A DNA stretch of 63,675 nt, filler included, from Globobulimina sp. (Eukaryota): the NCBI GenBank assembly GCA_003354225.1. It is 53 parts of 53 records of this genome, joined end to end, with 100 filler letters (N's around TTAATTAATTAA, not from the genome) between each part and the next. Parts side by side here need not be neighbours in the genome. Positions count along the whole stretch, not along the records: positions 48,141 to 49,243 come from PIVH01023457.1; positions 49,344 to 50,446 come from PIVH01023458.1; positions 50,547 to 51,649 come from PIVH01023459.1; positions 51,750 to 52,852 come from PIVH01023460.1; positions 52,953 to 54,055 come from PIVH01023461.1; positions 54,156 to 55,258 come from PIVH01023462.1; positions 55,359 to 56,461 come from PIVH01023463.1; positions 56,562 to 57,664 come from PIVH01023464.1; 45 more parts are not named here. One strand, given 5' to 3'. The notes below the pieces were generated by a model. It was not told the origin of the DNA. It saw nothing but the letters and a program-made list of their open reading frames with translations, and ran no database searches. The position numbers and the translations under genes were made by a program. Positions 48,824-61,528 of this stretch are shown one piece after another. Numbering within the stretch: position 1 is the stretch's first letter; each line of letters starts with the position of its first letter.

Positions 48824-50672
48824 GGTTTTTTAAAGTATTAAGTGTTCTTAGACGATTTTATTACAGGGATGAAATCTTCTTTGAACTATACTCAGTAGGT
48901 CCTTTCATTTCGATCTCCCACTTCGTATTTATTTATGTCGTGGTCCATAAGATAAATATATATATGAGTTCACGAATAGAATACAAAATAATATGAGAAA
49001 TAAATAAATATTGAAAAATAATTACAATACACACATTGGCAAAACGCAAATTATAAACAGAAATCAACGATTCTAGATACATCGCATTATCTGTATTCTG
49101 TATTGGACTCGTTTTGCAATCAGGCAATAATCAGACTCATTTTCCCTTTTTTGGACAATTCATTATCCAGTGATCGCCTTCTTTTTTGCATAATAAACAA
49201 AAATATTGATCTGGCACAGAATCAAATTTTATATTATATATTTNNNNNNNNNNNNNNNNNNNNNNNNNNNNNNNNNNNNNNNNNNNNTTAATTAATTAAN
49301 NNNNNNNNNNNNNNNNNNNNNNNNNNNNNNNNNNNNNNNNNNNACGATATGTTTGGTAATAAATTCCATTTTTTATTATGAGTTGTCTTGCAATATAATG
49401 TCTTGTGATAATACTATGCTTAATATTCATTACTGGTTTTTGTTTTGTTATTGTATTATCAACAAACAAAACCTACAAACAAAAACTCTTTTCCACCATC
49501 GATGACAATTCCAAGCAAAGCAAAGCAAGTCTCTCATGCACGTATATCCAAACAAAGTATGTTAGTACTTTTCAAACTTTTGCATGATTGATTGCAATAA
49601 CATTATAATTATAATTATTGTATTGAAATTTCCTGCATTTTCTAATCATTTGTGTTTATTTATACAGTCAACGAATTGCATGGATTTCCACAAAAAGGTT
49701 TGTATTTTATGCGATATGGCCCTGTTTTAAAGATGAGAAACTTCACAGACTTGTACTGAATCTCATTAATACACTGGTTTTATTTTCGTATTATTGAGAA
49801 TTGATTGATGATCCTTTGCATGCCATGCACCCCTCTGACTACACTCCCATTCACATCACATCACATCACATAAACACAATAGTTTTATCCGGCTCAGCTT
49901 ATAATTTTGTTTGTCTCTATACAGATTGAATGGAATCGAATCGATGAAATAAATCGTTTCTAACTATTCTGAATTTTCATAACGTTTGAAAACCTCAAAT
50001 ATCCCTTTTTAATTTATCTTATGCTTTTTATTGGAAACTGTATAATTAATAAAATTAATAATATTTCGAATTTCTGAGTAATCATCGAATATTTTGTTGT
50101 GGCGAATATTATGAAGAGATGATGCGAAGAATGGATAAGTAATAAACTATGTTAATGTATGTTACTTTAATAAATGTAAATTCTTTGTTTTTTATTGATG
50201 ACAAAAACGAATCAACGATGCAAATCTGATAATTTATAATAACTGATATTAATCCGTGCTTTTCTGAAAATTTAAATTTAATATTAAATGTTTTATTGAT
50301 GACATTTTTTTCTCTTTCGATCGATGCAAAAAAATAAGTAATGTTTTTCTTTTGTTTTTTGAACAGCAGATTGGAAATGGTTTATTTCTCAGGGATTGTG
50401 ACTGGCGCTTTTTGCGAAGAATTATAAAGTTGAAAACATAGAAATANNNNNNNNNNNNNNNNNNNNNNNNNNNNNNNNNNNNNNNNNNNNTTAATTAATT
50501 AANNNNNNNNNNNNNNNNNNNNNNNNNNNNNNNNNNNNNNNNNNNNAGCATTGCATTGCGAAAAACAACGTTTTCAAATCGGTTTCAAGATCAAATAAAC
50601 AAAAAACAATAAACTTATCATGACAAAAAAGTGAATCTTGTATTCATTCAAATTTAAGCCAGATATATACAT

Positions 50673-51649
50673 TTATTCGATGTCAATTTCTTTGAAAAAC
50701 ATAAATACCAAATAATAACAACACGAAGTAATAGGGAACCATGCCGATAGCACCCATGTAATGACCAACATATCAAAAGTAAGGTCTCCAATATTATTAT
50801 TTGTTTCATTGTACAACAAAAAAGTCATTCCGCCATAAGCAATTATTAAGTACAATACCGTAACAACCAAATTCCAAATAAATAAATCAAAATCACTTTT
50901 AGATAAACATAGAAACAGTAAAATGCCAACTGGTATCAACGGCAATGTTAAAAAACATATCAAAAAAAAAACACCTCCAATTACATATTGCCATACATTA
51001 AAATCACTAGAATAACCACATATTGATGTAATAAACATATTTCTAACATATTCATCATCTGCATCATGTCCAGGCACCTGAAGAAATACAAACAGTATTT
51101 TAGGGATATTGAAACATAATAAACATCGAACTAACGCAGCTAAATCGATATTTGTATACCAATAATACTCAAATAACACCGGGAAAAAGTGAGTGATTTC
51201 TAACAAAATAACGGGTACAACAAATATTATATACAACACTAATAATCCACAACCATGCAAGATTTGCTGCGACATCGAATCTTACCCTCGATCATTAAAC
51301 ACAGATTTAGTAATTGTTGTAAATGGGGAGCTGCATAACGAAAATAACGAAAAGCCTAAAGCGATATAATTAGATAATTCAAGCTCTTTATGTTCCAAAG
51401 CAAACGATATTGTAATAATGTACTGAGGAAACGATGAAAACACAACACCGATAATACCACAAATTGGTAACGCTTCAATTAACGGCAATATATTTAATAC
51501 GGGAATAACTAATAAAAATTTAGTACAGGGATTCGCTCGTATATTTGACCAGCCTTCGTCGCATATTAATGTCCACGATGCAATATAATATAAAGTGAAT
51601 GTTAATGCTGAAAAACAGACGGAGATAACGAAAAATTTATAATCTTGAG
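50673..51649 (-). CDS. Multi-pass membrane protein (XK-like?) with an in-frame TAA at 51282-51284
   Basis: Hydrophobic frame from contig edge, SSFPQYII motif, one stop then 200 more hydrophobic codons in the same frame. Confidence 0.45.
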
Positions 51650-52055
51650 NNNNNNNNNNNNNNNNNNNNNNNNNNNNNNNNNNNNNNNNNNNNTTAATTA
51701 ATTAANNNNNNNNNNNNNNNNNNNNNNNNNNNNNNNNNNNNNNNNNNNNGTATCCCGACCTCTGTTTCATCGCTCAGATCTTCCATATCTGCTGTGAATG
51801 TTTATATGCCAATCCATTACGAAAACACACCTCAGCGATTGATGCAAGAGCAATAACAGGAAGGAAGACATGCATTTGGATAAATTACAACGTTAGCGTT
51901 GGACTCAAATTACACCAACTTTTTTTTACAAGTAACTGAATATATCGAGATCTGTTTTGTAATGTGAACGGATCACTGGCTATCAAAACAAACGATGCCA
52001 TACTGAAAAAATGAAACAGCAACAGATGCAATGGTGCTGTCCATGAGTTTCAGTC

Positions 52056-52808
52056 ATGTATACGTATATGTTACGTAATATTGATAATATTGAAACCACA
52101 CCAATTAACATGTTACCTTTTTTAGCTTTAGGTGCACAAATAACAAAATACAACAGAAACTACAAACAGATTAGTGATTTGCGTGTAAATGACAATGGTA
52201 ACGTTGCTATCCAAGGCATAATATCAGACATTAGAAATGGTGTATACAATTTAAGTTTTGTTATTACTGACCAACACTGTGATTCGATTGATGTAGAAAT
52301 GTCAAAAAACGATTACGACGAAATATTTCCTTGGTATTTAGCTAACCATCTTATTATTGATATAATTAATCCAAAAATTACGAAAGGTCAGCGATGGATT
52401 ACGAAATCTGATCATCCATGTAAATTACATGTTACTTTAAATACATTGGTGTGTTTAAAACGTGATTTACATAAAAACGTAAATATTAGAAACCGTAATT
52501 TTTTATGCATCGATAGAATATTCGAAATGGTAAAATATTCGAAACCGTTAGACTGCCATTCATGTAACGCACCATCATTCACACCATTCTATACGAACCC
52601 TATATCTCGTATTTACCAATTTCGAGATTTCAAAATTATTGGTTTACGCGGACTCAAGAATTGGAATTCCATTGATAAATTAAATTTCCAACGTATACGG
52701 AGAATGCGGAAATTATATCAAAATATTAAGGAAACAAAATTAGTAAAAACAATCGATATTGCGAATGATTTGGTTAATTTGATTTGCGAATTTACAATTG
52801 TCGATTAA
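52056..52808 (+). CDS. OB-fold protein (RPA/MEIOB-like first OB fold)
   Basis: ISDLRVN..VAIQGIIS..LSFVITDQ..IDV..IIDIINPKI..PCKLHV. Confidence 0.45.
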   Translation: MYTYMLRNIDNIETTPINMLPFLALGAQITKYNRNYKQISDLRVNDNGNVAIQGIISDIRNGVYNLSFVITDQHCDSIDVEMSKNDYDEIFPWYLANHLIIDIINPKITKGQRWITKSDHPCKLHVTLNTLVCLKRDLHKNVNIRNRNFLCIDRIFEMVKYSKPLDCHSCNAPSFTPFYTNPISRIYQFRDFKIIGLRGLKNWNSIDKLNFQRIRRMRKLYQNIKETKLVKTIDIANDLVNLICEFTIVD

Positions 52809-52952
52809 AGTATTGGTAATTTACCAATTTACAATTCAAAGGGGAAAATTGTNNNNNNNNNNNNNNNNNNNNNNNNNNNNNNNNNNNNNNNNNNNNTTAA
52901 TTAATTAANNNNNNNNNNNNNNNNNNNNNNNNNNNNNNNNNNNNNNNNNNNN

Positions 52953-54055
52953 GTGCTGTTAACGGCTGGCAACGACCGCAAGTTCAAAACGTGGAAGATC
53001 GGGAAGTGCCAAAACCGCAAATCTGGGCTGAAGAACACGTGGGAAAGTACGGTGGAGTGCAAATCGAGTGATATGGTGTTAAAACCGCGGGCCATTGCTT
53101 ACAATAAGAATAAAGGGCTGGTTTTTTGCGGCACGAAGACGAACCAAATCGTGGCGTTTGAGATGAAGACAGAAACGACTTCGGTCATCGTGGACGGCCA
53201 TGATGGTCAGATCTGGGCTTTGTGCTGTTCGCCGAAGAGCAGGTTATTTGCGACCGGCGGGTATGACAATGCTGTCAAGATCTGGAATGCGAACAGTTTC
53301 AAATGTATCGCGACTTATGAGTTTCAGAAAGGAGACTATCAGTTTTGCTGTGGCCATTGGTCGAGCAATGGGGACATATTAGTGTTTGGTACGGAAGATT
53401 CGAACATTGCAGTATTTGTGTGGAGGAAAAAGAGGCTCAAATGTGTGGAAGTGATCAATATTCCAGCAAAGAATAAGAATGCGGAGATTGAGGCCGTGTC
53501 CTATTTGCGGTTCAATGACGATTCAAGTTTGTTGGGTGCAGCCCATATGGATAGTAATTTGTATTTATTTTCAGTGACTGAACATTACTCGAACTCCCCT
53601 CAATTGTCTCAGTGGCCGTCAGCTTTGCTTCATTCTGCAGCTCCAACGCATATTCAGTTTACTACGAATAGTAAAATTGTAAAGACGTTGACGAGAGATT
53701 ATGAGATAGCGCATTGGACACTGAACAGGAAAGCAGAGAAAGGAAAGTTTTTGGCAGTGGAGCCTGATCCGGATAAGACAAAATGGGCAGATGATCCATT
53801 GATTGCTGGCTGGGATACGCAGGGTTTGTATCAGCGTGAATGGGATGGCACAGATTTGAATGATGCAACATTGACTTCGGATAAAAAATTAATTGCATCG
53901 GGCGATGATTATGGCTGTGTGCGGTTGCATAATTATCCTGCGATTGATCCGTCCGCTTGTCTGGAATATGGTGGTCACGCGGAATTTGTGGTTGGTGTGG
54001 AATTTTTAAGTGATAATTCTCAATTAATCACTTGTGGTGGTAATGATATGGCAAT
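52953..54055 (+). CDS. Echinoderm microtubule-associated protein-like (EML) WD40 protein, C-terminal fragment
   Basis: DGHDGQIWAL, GWDTQGLY..DGTDLN..IASGDDYGCVRLHNYP..YGGHAEFVVGVEF..LITCGGND. Confidence 0.85.
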
Positions 54056-54339
54056 NNNNNNNNNNNNNNNNNNNNNNNNNNNNNNNNNNNNNNNNNNNNT
54101 TAATTAATTAANNNNNNNNNNNNNNNNNNNNNNNNNNNNNNNNNNNNNNNNNNNNTGTGCGAATTTTAAAAACGAAGTGTTTCTAACACGTCCTCTCAAG
54201 TATTTGAAAATGACGGAGCCTGAAAATGACGGAGCCTCTATACAGTATATTACAAAGATGGTGATCTCTAAAAAACAGTAAAACACGATCGTTAAAATCA
54301 TTTGTTCAAAAACACCACGCTTTATATTGCAGTATAAAA

Positions 54340-55100
54340 TTATACCTTTTGTTTCTTTGTTGGTGGTTCAGTTCCAATTTGTTTGCCACCATCTACTTTC
54401 TCATTAATACCAATGTTATTTAAGTTTAAAAATGCTCTCAATTGAGTACAAAATGCTTGTAATGGAAAGCCAACCACATTGAAATAACATCCATCAATTT
54501 TAGTAATAAATTGTCCACCAATTGCTTGCATTCCATAACCACCGGCTTTATCAAATGATTCCTTTGTTTCTATATAACTATCAATCATTGATGCCGTTAC
54601 ATCCGCAAATGTCACCTTTGTACTTTGCACAAACGTATGAATATCTTTATTCTTATTAATCAGCGCCACTCCCGATGTCACAATATGTGTATTGCCGGAT
54701 AGAGCCGATAGCATTGCTTTTGCATCGTTTTCATCCTTCGGTTTTTCCAATATTCCATTCTCAAACACAACAATTGTATCCGCACCAATCACTAAATCTG
54801 GTTTATTTTCCTCCGATTTCTTACATTCCAATTCATAAACTTGTAATGCTTTTAATTTTGCATTCTCCTTCACATATTCCGATGGAGTGTACTTTGATTT
54901 ATCTAAATTCTCTGGAAATGTTGATGGGATTACCTCAAATTTTAGATTCTAAAGCAATGCATTTTGAATTATATTTATAAAATAATTGAATTATACATAA
55001 CTCAACTTACGATTTGAGTTAATAATCCTTTCCGACGCGGCGAGCCTGATGCTAGGATAATACGCAATGAATTGAGATATTTTAGTTTATCAATGATCAT
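54340..55100 (-). CDS. Maf-family nucleoside triphosphate pyrophosphatase, complete, intron 54949-55010
   Basis: IILASGSPRRK, VIGADTIV..ILEKP, LSGNTH, DKAGGYGMQ, GCYFNVVGFP. Confidence 0.9.
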
Positions 55101-55166
55101 TATTTGAATTATTGCACGCGAATAATTAAAGGGAAACACTCTGTGAGTTCAACTAGTCAGCAAATC

Positions 55167-55258
55167 ATGGCAGCTTTGTTTAGAAGAAAAGCGATACAAA
55201 GAAACATTTCAAATGTGTTATTTAGGAACAATATAATTAATACTAATAGAGGTTTTAG
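55167..55258 (+). CDS. Gene start with mitochondrial-presequence-like N-terminus, 3'-partial
   Basis: MAALFRRKAIQRNISNVLFRNNIINTNRGF. Confidence 0.4.
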
Positions 55259-55423
55259 NNNNNNNNNNNNNNNNNNNNNNNNNNNNNNNNNNNNNNNNNN
55301 NNTTAATTAATTAANNNNNNNNNNNNNNNNNNNNNNNNNNNNNNNNNNNNNNNNNNNNTGACTTAAATGCATTCCTTCCATTCATGGATGACTAGCTCAC
55401 TTCAAGAAAATCTTAATATCAGG

Positions 55424-55537
55424 GTTCTCACCTCATAGACGACAGTGCAATGATAGATTTTCCAAGATTCTAGCATATGAAAGAAGAGACAAATCTATGC
55501 AATAAAGGTAAAAACTTGTCGTCTATGAGGTGAGAAC
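55424..55537. mobile_element. MITE-like element / perfect 21-bp inverted repeat with 72-bp spacer
   Basis: GTTCTCACCTCATAGACGACA (55424-55444) and TGTCGTCTATGAGGTGAGAAC (55517-55537). Confidence 0.6.
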
Positions 55538-56153
55538 TAGTCATCATTCATGACAAAAAAATAACTGTTATTTAAAAAACGTACGTTTAAACTATCATCT
55601 GTCAGCTGTATCTCATCGCACTTTATTGCAGAGTCACATTACCATTTGCGTTTTGCCATTTTGCTTTTTATTATTACAAAAAAAGCTTCTTCAAAACAAA
55701 AATAAAACTCAATGAATTGAAAACATGTTCAGGAAAAAAAAAATACAGAAAAATTCACAAAAAAAAACGAGTGTCTGTCATTGCAATTAATTTAATTTAT
55801 ATTCAGTTGGTAAGTGATCAACAATTATATAGTACATCTGGCTCAATATGCAAATATCATAGAAATATAAAACAAAAATCAAACAAAAAAATCTCACTTA
55901 CAACATTATTAAAAGTGTTTGGAACAGAAAAAAAAAAGAATATTTGAACAAATAAGAACAACAAAGCAACACTGCAACACACCATATTCAATGAAAAAAA
56001 CAGAGGGTCAATCATAGGAAAGCGGGGAAAAAAAAATTAAACAACAAAAAAAAAATCATCACAAAATAAAAAGATCGATGGCCGAGAGATCGCAATTTGT
56101 TTATCCCAATAAACTGCCATTTCTGCTGTGTGTCATTTTGTTTTTATATGTTT

Positions 56154-56461
56154 TTATGTAAAGTATGAGTTTTGGATTAATACTGATCTTCGAGGGGAGT
56201 TGTAATTAATTGGTCTGATAAAACATAGACAAAAATGAGTATAGACGTCAACACAAACAACATTATATTCGGAAACATACTTATTGTCTTTGGTAGATTC
56301 GTCAATAAGTAATCGTACAATTTCCCTAAATCTGGGCATTTGCTGCAACGTATTTAGAATCATCGTCAACCGCATGATCTCCATCGCACATTTCGAGGCC
56401 AAGTCCACTTTGGACTGCACGGCTTCATCCAACTGGATCTCGATCCTCTCGTTCTTCTCCC
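56154..56461 (-). CDS. Hypothetical coiled-coil protein exon
   Basis: Frame open from contig edge, LDEAVQSKVDLASKCAMEIMRL. Confidence 0.35.
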
Positions 56462-56561
56462 NNNNNNNNNNNNNNNNNNNNNNNNNNNNNNNNNNNNNNN
56501 NNNNNTTAATTAATTAANNNNNNNNNNNNNNNNNNNNNNNNNNNNNNNNNNNNNNNNNNNN

Positions 56562-57664
56562 GCATCATTGTATATTGGTGATTGACCCCATTAAGGACCG
56601 GCAATGGCAGTCGCGTAACAATGAGATTATCAGTTCGATTATCACGGATGCGGTGCATCGACGGGATCAGATCCAATGGAACCATCAACGAAGCGGTTTG
56701 AATGAGAATAGCAAATCTGAAGCGGTTAAGATGTTGAAACCATTGGTGTTGAAGAAGATTATTGACTCATTTAAGATGGATCAATGTTTGGTGTTTTGTC
56801 GTACCCGTTTGGACTGCGACAATTTGACCTCGTTTTTGACCAAAATTGGTGGCGGCCGCAAGTTTTACGGCGCGACGTCGTCGGGGAAAGAGAACCCGTA
56901 TTCTTGCATTGCGTTACATAGTGGCATCGCGCAGCATAATCGCGCGGATAATTTGCAGTTGTTTAAGAATGGCGATGTGCGCTTTTTGATATGTACAGAT
57001 GTGGCCGCTCGCGGCATTGATATCAAATCGTTGCCGTTTGTGATAAATTTTACGATGCCGGCTGAGGACGAGGACTATATCCATAGAGTGGGGCGAGTTG
57101 GTCGTGCGGATGAGCCCGGCATTGCGATCTCGATGATATCGTCACAAAAAGAGAAGGTTTGGTATCATTCGAATTGCCCGGATCGAGGCAAGAATTGTAC
57201 GGATACTCGGTTGGTGAAACAAGGCGGTTGTTGTATATGGTACGATGAGGTTAAGATATTTGAAAAAGTGGAGAAGCGGTTGGGCGGGAATCCAATACCC
57301 ATTTTGGATCAGGACAAGCATTTAAATTCGAGTCATAAGATTGAAGGCTTTATAAAGACCATACAGGCCAAGGATCCGTTGATGGTTTCGTCGGAAAAGA
57401 AATTGACAAAATTGATACCGACCATTGCGGAGTTGAATAGATTGGAAGTGATTGCGCAAAATCAATATTTACATATTCCGATTCAGTTTGAAGGGATATT
57501 TAATCGAAGCGGTGCTGAACATAAATATGATGAAAGTGATGTTGGCAGTGCTTATAAAAAGAAAAGACATCGAGGGGGCAAAAAGAGAAAAAGAAGTGTT
57601 AGGAAAAAAAAGAAAACTGTCTCTGGCAGTGCTGGTCCAACTAAAGGAAGAACAAAGTTAACAA
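56562..57664 (+). CDS. DDX1: DEAD-box RNA helicase DDX1, C-terminal half
   Basis: SEAVKMLKP..MDQCLVFCRTRLDCDNL, FLICTDVAARGIDI, YIHRVGRVGRAD, KVWYHSNC..GGCCIWYDE. Confidence 0.93.
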
Positions 57665-58215
57665 NNNNNNNNNNNNNNNNNNNNNNNNNNNNNNNNNNNN
57701 NNNNNNNNTTAATTAATTAANNNNNNNNNNNNNNNNNNNNNNNNNNNNNNNNNNNNNNNNNNNNTTTGAGCCATCCCCTTACTGTTTCTGTGGTATTTGA
57801 TCCATTCGGAATACACTTTTAAAATAAATAATAATCTTTCTGCACTGCCTTTTTTCTTCGTTCTTTCGTCTGTCTCAGCAAATAATAGTCTGTTTTCTTC
57901 GATATATGCATCAATATTTAATATCTTGAAAATACTATCTTTGCAATCATCCATTTTAACCAATTGCAACGGATGCCTCAGCCGCTGAGGCTCAGTCAGA
58001 TTAAAAAAAAAACTGAAAAACCAGTCACTTGAAGGCAATGGAGACAATCAAGAACCTCGGGGTGGCGCGGCGCTTCGCGCCTAAGAGTATTGAGTTTATG
58101 GACGTTGCCAAATGTTTATGCGGATTGTTCTATGCGACGTACAAACTTTTTTTTGAAGTGATCCAGTCGAATAAAAAAACTCTAAAACCATCACCGGCGC
58201 ACCACGCATCAAATC

Positions 58216-58867
58216 ATGAACAGACTCTCTCATCTTTGCAACCAACTCAACCCCAAACAAGATGATTCAAAAATCCGTCCAACTCACGTCTCGTCATACC
58301 TATCCCCCGCCGATGATGATATTGTAGTGGTCTCCGCCATCCGCACAGCAATCGGTATACTATAATATCCCCACACAAAATGACACAATCTCACATTCCC
58401 CAAAAGGTAAAGCAAAACGAGGCTCCTTCAAAGACACCGACGCTATCTCCTTATTAAAACCATGCATCGAATACGTAATCCGAGACTTACCTTCGCCGTC
58501 CTTAGTGGACGACATCTGTGTCGGCACAGTATTAGCTCCGGGCGCGTTACGTGCGACAGAATGCCGCATGGCATCATTCTTAGCCGGCATTCCGCAAACC
58601 ACTGCCATCCATACCGTAAACCGACAGTGTTCCTCGGGATTGCAAGCAATTGCAGACATTTCCGCTGCCATCAAAGCTGGATATATCAACATTGGTATAT
58701 AGCATACATCCGATCCGCGCACTTTTATATACACATAATCCTCACACACAACATACACACTGTACTCTGTAAGGCATCGCCGCTGGACTCGAGTCTATGT
58801 CCTCCAACGCCATGGGAGGCAAAGGCAGTAAGTTTCACATTTCGGATGAAGTTAAAATGAATATGGA
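58216..58867 (+). CDS. ACAA1: Peroxisomal 3-ketoacyl-CoA thiolase with PTS2, introns 58355-58406 and 58695-58773, 3'-partial
   Basis: MNRLSHLCNQL (RLx5QL), DDIVVVSAIRTAI|GKAKRGSFKDT, VNRQCSSGLQA, GIAAGLESMS. Confidence 0.9.
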
Positions 58868-58967
58868 NNNNNNNNNNNNNNNNNNNNNNNNNNNNNNNNN
58901 NNNNNNNNNNNTTAATTAATTAANNNNNNNNNNNNNNNNNNNNNNNNNNNNNNNNNNNNNNNNNNNN

Positions 58968-59390
58968 TGAATTACAAATAACATTACATGCGTGTTTATG
59001 TGATGTGGGACAATTAATGACTGCGGATGGCATACTATTTGAATTCATACCATTTATCACACACTCACCATTTGCTGGGCAATTTACTGTTGAAAATAAA
59101 CACGAATAAGATCCATTACAGGTAATAGCACATGGAACATCTCTATCACATATTATCTTTGTTTTAAAGCATGAGAAATCTTCACTGCAATTAAATGAAC
59201 ATTGTCCATCTGACCCAGAACATTTAATTGTTTGCTCTCTGCAATTATTGGTACCACATTCAATCAATTCAGATGACGTAATGGAGACTGTAATAAAATA
59301 AATACAAGAAACATAGACATGCGTATTGCGAATGTACAAAGCATACGTTTACATACAAAATAAAGCTATAATTACAAATCGATGATCCAT
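58968..59390 (-). CDS. Cys-rich secreted/surface protein, intron ~59290-59356, 3'-partial
   Basis: MDHRFVIIALF|FSITSSELIECG..CSFNCSEDFSCFKTKIIC..CAITCNGSYSC. Confidence 0.6.
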
Positions 59391-59491
59391 CTCAGGTATA
59401 AACTGACTGTGTGATCTTCTTTTAAAAAGTGCGTTTATGTTAAATTAAAGCAAAATTAATCTGCTAAGATTAAAAACAACTTTTAAAAGTC

Positions 59492-60069
59492 TCAAAACAC
59501 AACTCCTCGTTGAATCAATTCGACCCAATATCCATCCGGATCCAAAGCAAACGCAATCCCTCTCATTTCCCCTTCATTCGGTAATTTCTTAAAAACAATT
59601 CCATCACTTTGCAACACTGCACATATTTTCTCCAAATCATCCACCAAAAACCCAGTATGTCCAAATCCTTTTGCTTCATCATTCCCATTATGATATGTAA
59701 AACTGTCATCCTTCTCAGTCCCCCAATTATGGGTCAGTTCTAAATATGGATGGAATGACTCTTTCATATATTTCCATTTTTCTTCCATTGTTTCATTGTT
59801 CAAATCAATATCATTGGTACCAACATGCGATGATAAAAAATAAACACTGAACTCCCCTCCTTCCACATGAGCCTCACACACTTGTTTCATTCCTAATTTA
59901 TTGCAGTAAAAATCTAATGCTTTGTTTGGATCTTTAACTCTGATCATAGTTTGAGATAAATTATATTCAATGACATCAGTGAATGATTTATTTTCTTTTC
60001 TATCACAAATTTCAACCCAATATCCATTTGGATCCAACGCAAACGACAACCCATTCATTATTCCCTCAT
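59492..60069 (-). CDS. GLO1: Lactoylglutathione lyase (glyoxalase I, two-domain form), C-terminal half
   Basis: FALDPNGYWVEI, QTMIRVKDPNKALDFY, LELTHNWGTE, YHNGN..GFGHTG, FALDPDGYWVEL. Confidence 0.95.
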
Positions 60070-60458
60070 NNNNNNNNNNNNNNNNNNNNNNNNNNNNNNN
60101 NNNNNNNNNNNNNTTAATTAATTAANNNNNNNNNNNNNNNNNNNNNNNNNNNNNNNNNNNNNNNNNNNNTAATGTATTTTTTTGTTTTTTTTTTTTGTGT
60201 GTTGGTTTATCAATAAATTGATGAAACCGCGACTAATTCCCTATGTTATTTGATTAATAGACGTGGTATTCGATTTAATTTTGAAATAAGTTGTTTTAAT
60301 TAAAAAAAAAATTAAATAAACGCAATGCGTAGCGATTATCCAAAGTTGAAAAAATGTTGAAAAAAACTTTACAGATTTTTGAAATCACATCTCAGAGAAA
60401 CTACCGTTCGTTATAACATTGGAAACTATTATAATTTTAAATATATAAATACAGCTTT

Positions 60459-61271
60459 CTAGTAAACAGGAATTACAACAGATCCGTACAAAATCAAAAG
60501 AAAAAATCTGTGTCTATTTGTCAATTGGCTTACAAACCCAACAAATGGTTTTGATATTGAATAATTATATAATTTTGCTTGTACCAAAATCATGAGAATG
60601 TAAAATAATAATTCCACAACAACAGAAACGCTAAAATATAATATAATTGTATTAAATGATATTCCTTTTGCAGCTGCACCGTCTTCTTTATACAATGGTG
60701 CATTAACAATGATATCAACAAAGAAAAACAATCCACTGCAAACTGAACATCCAAGCTTTACAACAATATCCATTGCCAATCGATTTCTCCATTCATTATA
60801 TGAACAATTATCAATCACATAATCCATACACGACAATGGAATCGAATTATATGTCAAATATGTTGAGAGTTTGAAATATTTCGGTGTTAATCTTATAAAA
60901 ACAGCACAAAACTCCCAACTTAAATGCGTAAATAGTGTCAATATAAAAATAGAAACATTTGGTACGTCAAATATCGTATAATATCTATAAATCATCCAAT
61001 AGGTCAAATTCCAGTAGAACTCAATGAACCATTCAATTGAAAATAAACAATTATTGGCTGAATTTATTGATCTCCATCCATCACATCGCAATGCTATCCA
61101 TTTCATTATAAATTTAAATATTACGGTGTATATAGCCATTGACCAATAAATAAATTCAAAATCCCTTTCAATGGGATTGCCATTGATATGACCAAAAAAA
61201 AAAGATATTATAAAAGAACAACTGAACATAAATAACAATATAAATGGATATAATATTTTCTTTTTGCTGTC
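60459..61271 (-). CDS. Multi-pass membrane protein C-terminus
   Basis: Open frame with six to seven aromatic-rich hydrophobic segments. Confidence 0.55.
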   Translation of the reverse strand, partial: DSKKKILYPFILLFMFSCSFIISFFFGHINGNPIERDFEFIYWSMAIYTVIFKFIMKWIALRCDGWRSINSANNCLFSIEWFIEFYWNLTYWMIYRYYTIFDVPNVSIFILTLFTHLSWEFCAVFIRLTPKYFKLSTYLTYNSIPLSCMDYVIDNCSYNEWRNRLAMDIVVKLGCSVCSGLFFFVDIIVNAPLYKEDGAAAKGISFNTIILYFSVSVVVELLFYILMILVQAKLYNYSISKPFVGFVSQLTNRHRFFLLILYGSVVIPVY

Positions 61272-61528
61272 NNNNNNNNNNNNNNNNNNNNNNNNNNNNN
61301 NNNNNNNNNNNNNNNTTAATTAATTAANNNNNNNNNNNNNNNNNNNNNNNNNNNNNNNNNNNNNNNNNNNNTTTTATGATTCTCGCATATTAAGGAACGG
61401 TGAACCGTGTTGTTGTGTTGTTATGTGTTCATTGTCGTGAACTAATAAATCTGTTTAATTGATTCCAATATCTTTCTCATGATATTAGCTTTGCATACTT
61501 TTGTTACATTATTGTTGTTTTAAGTAAC

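Noticed and set aside
54205-54237. Direct repeat TGAAAATGACGGAGCC x2
   Set aside because: Only two copies; simple local duplication
57975-57992. GCCTCAGC-C-GCTGAGGC hairpin as terminator
   Set aside because: Eukaryotic context, 1-nt loop, no adjacent U-tract
58360-58860. Several long antisense and alternate-frame ORFs over the thiolase (and similar shadows elsewhere)
   Set aside because: Explained as shadows of a real spliced gene
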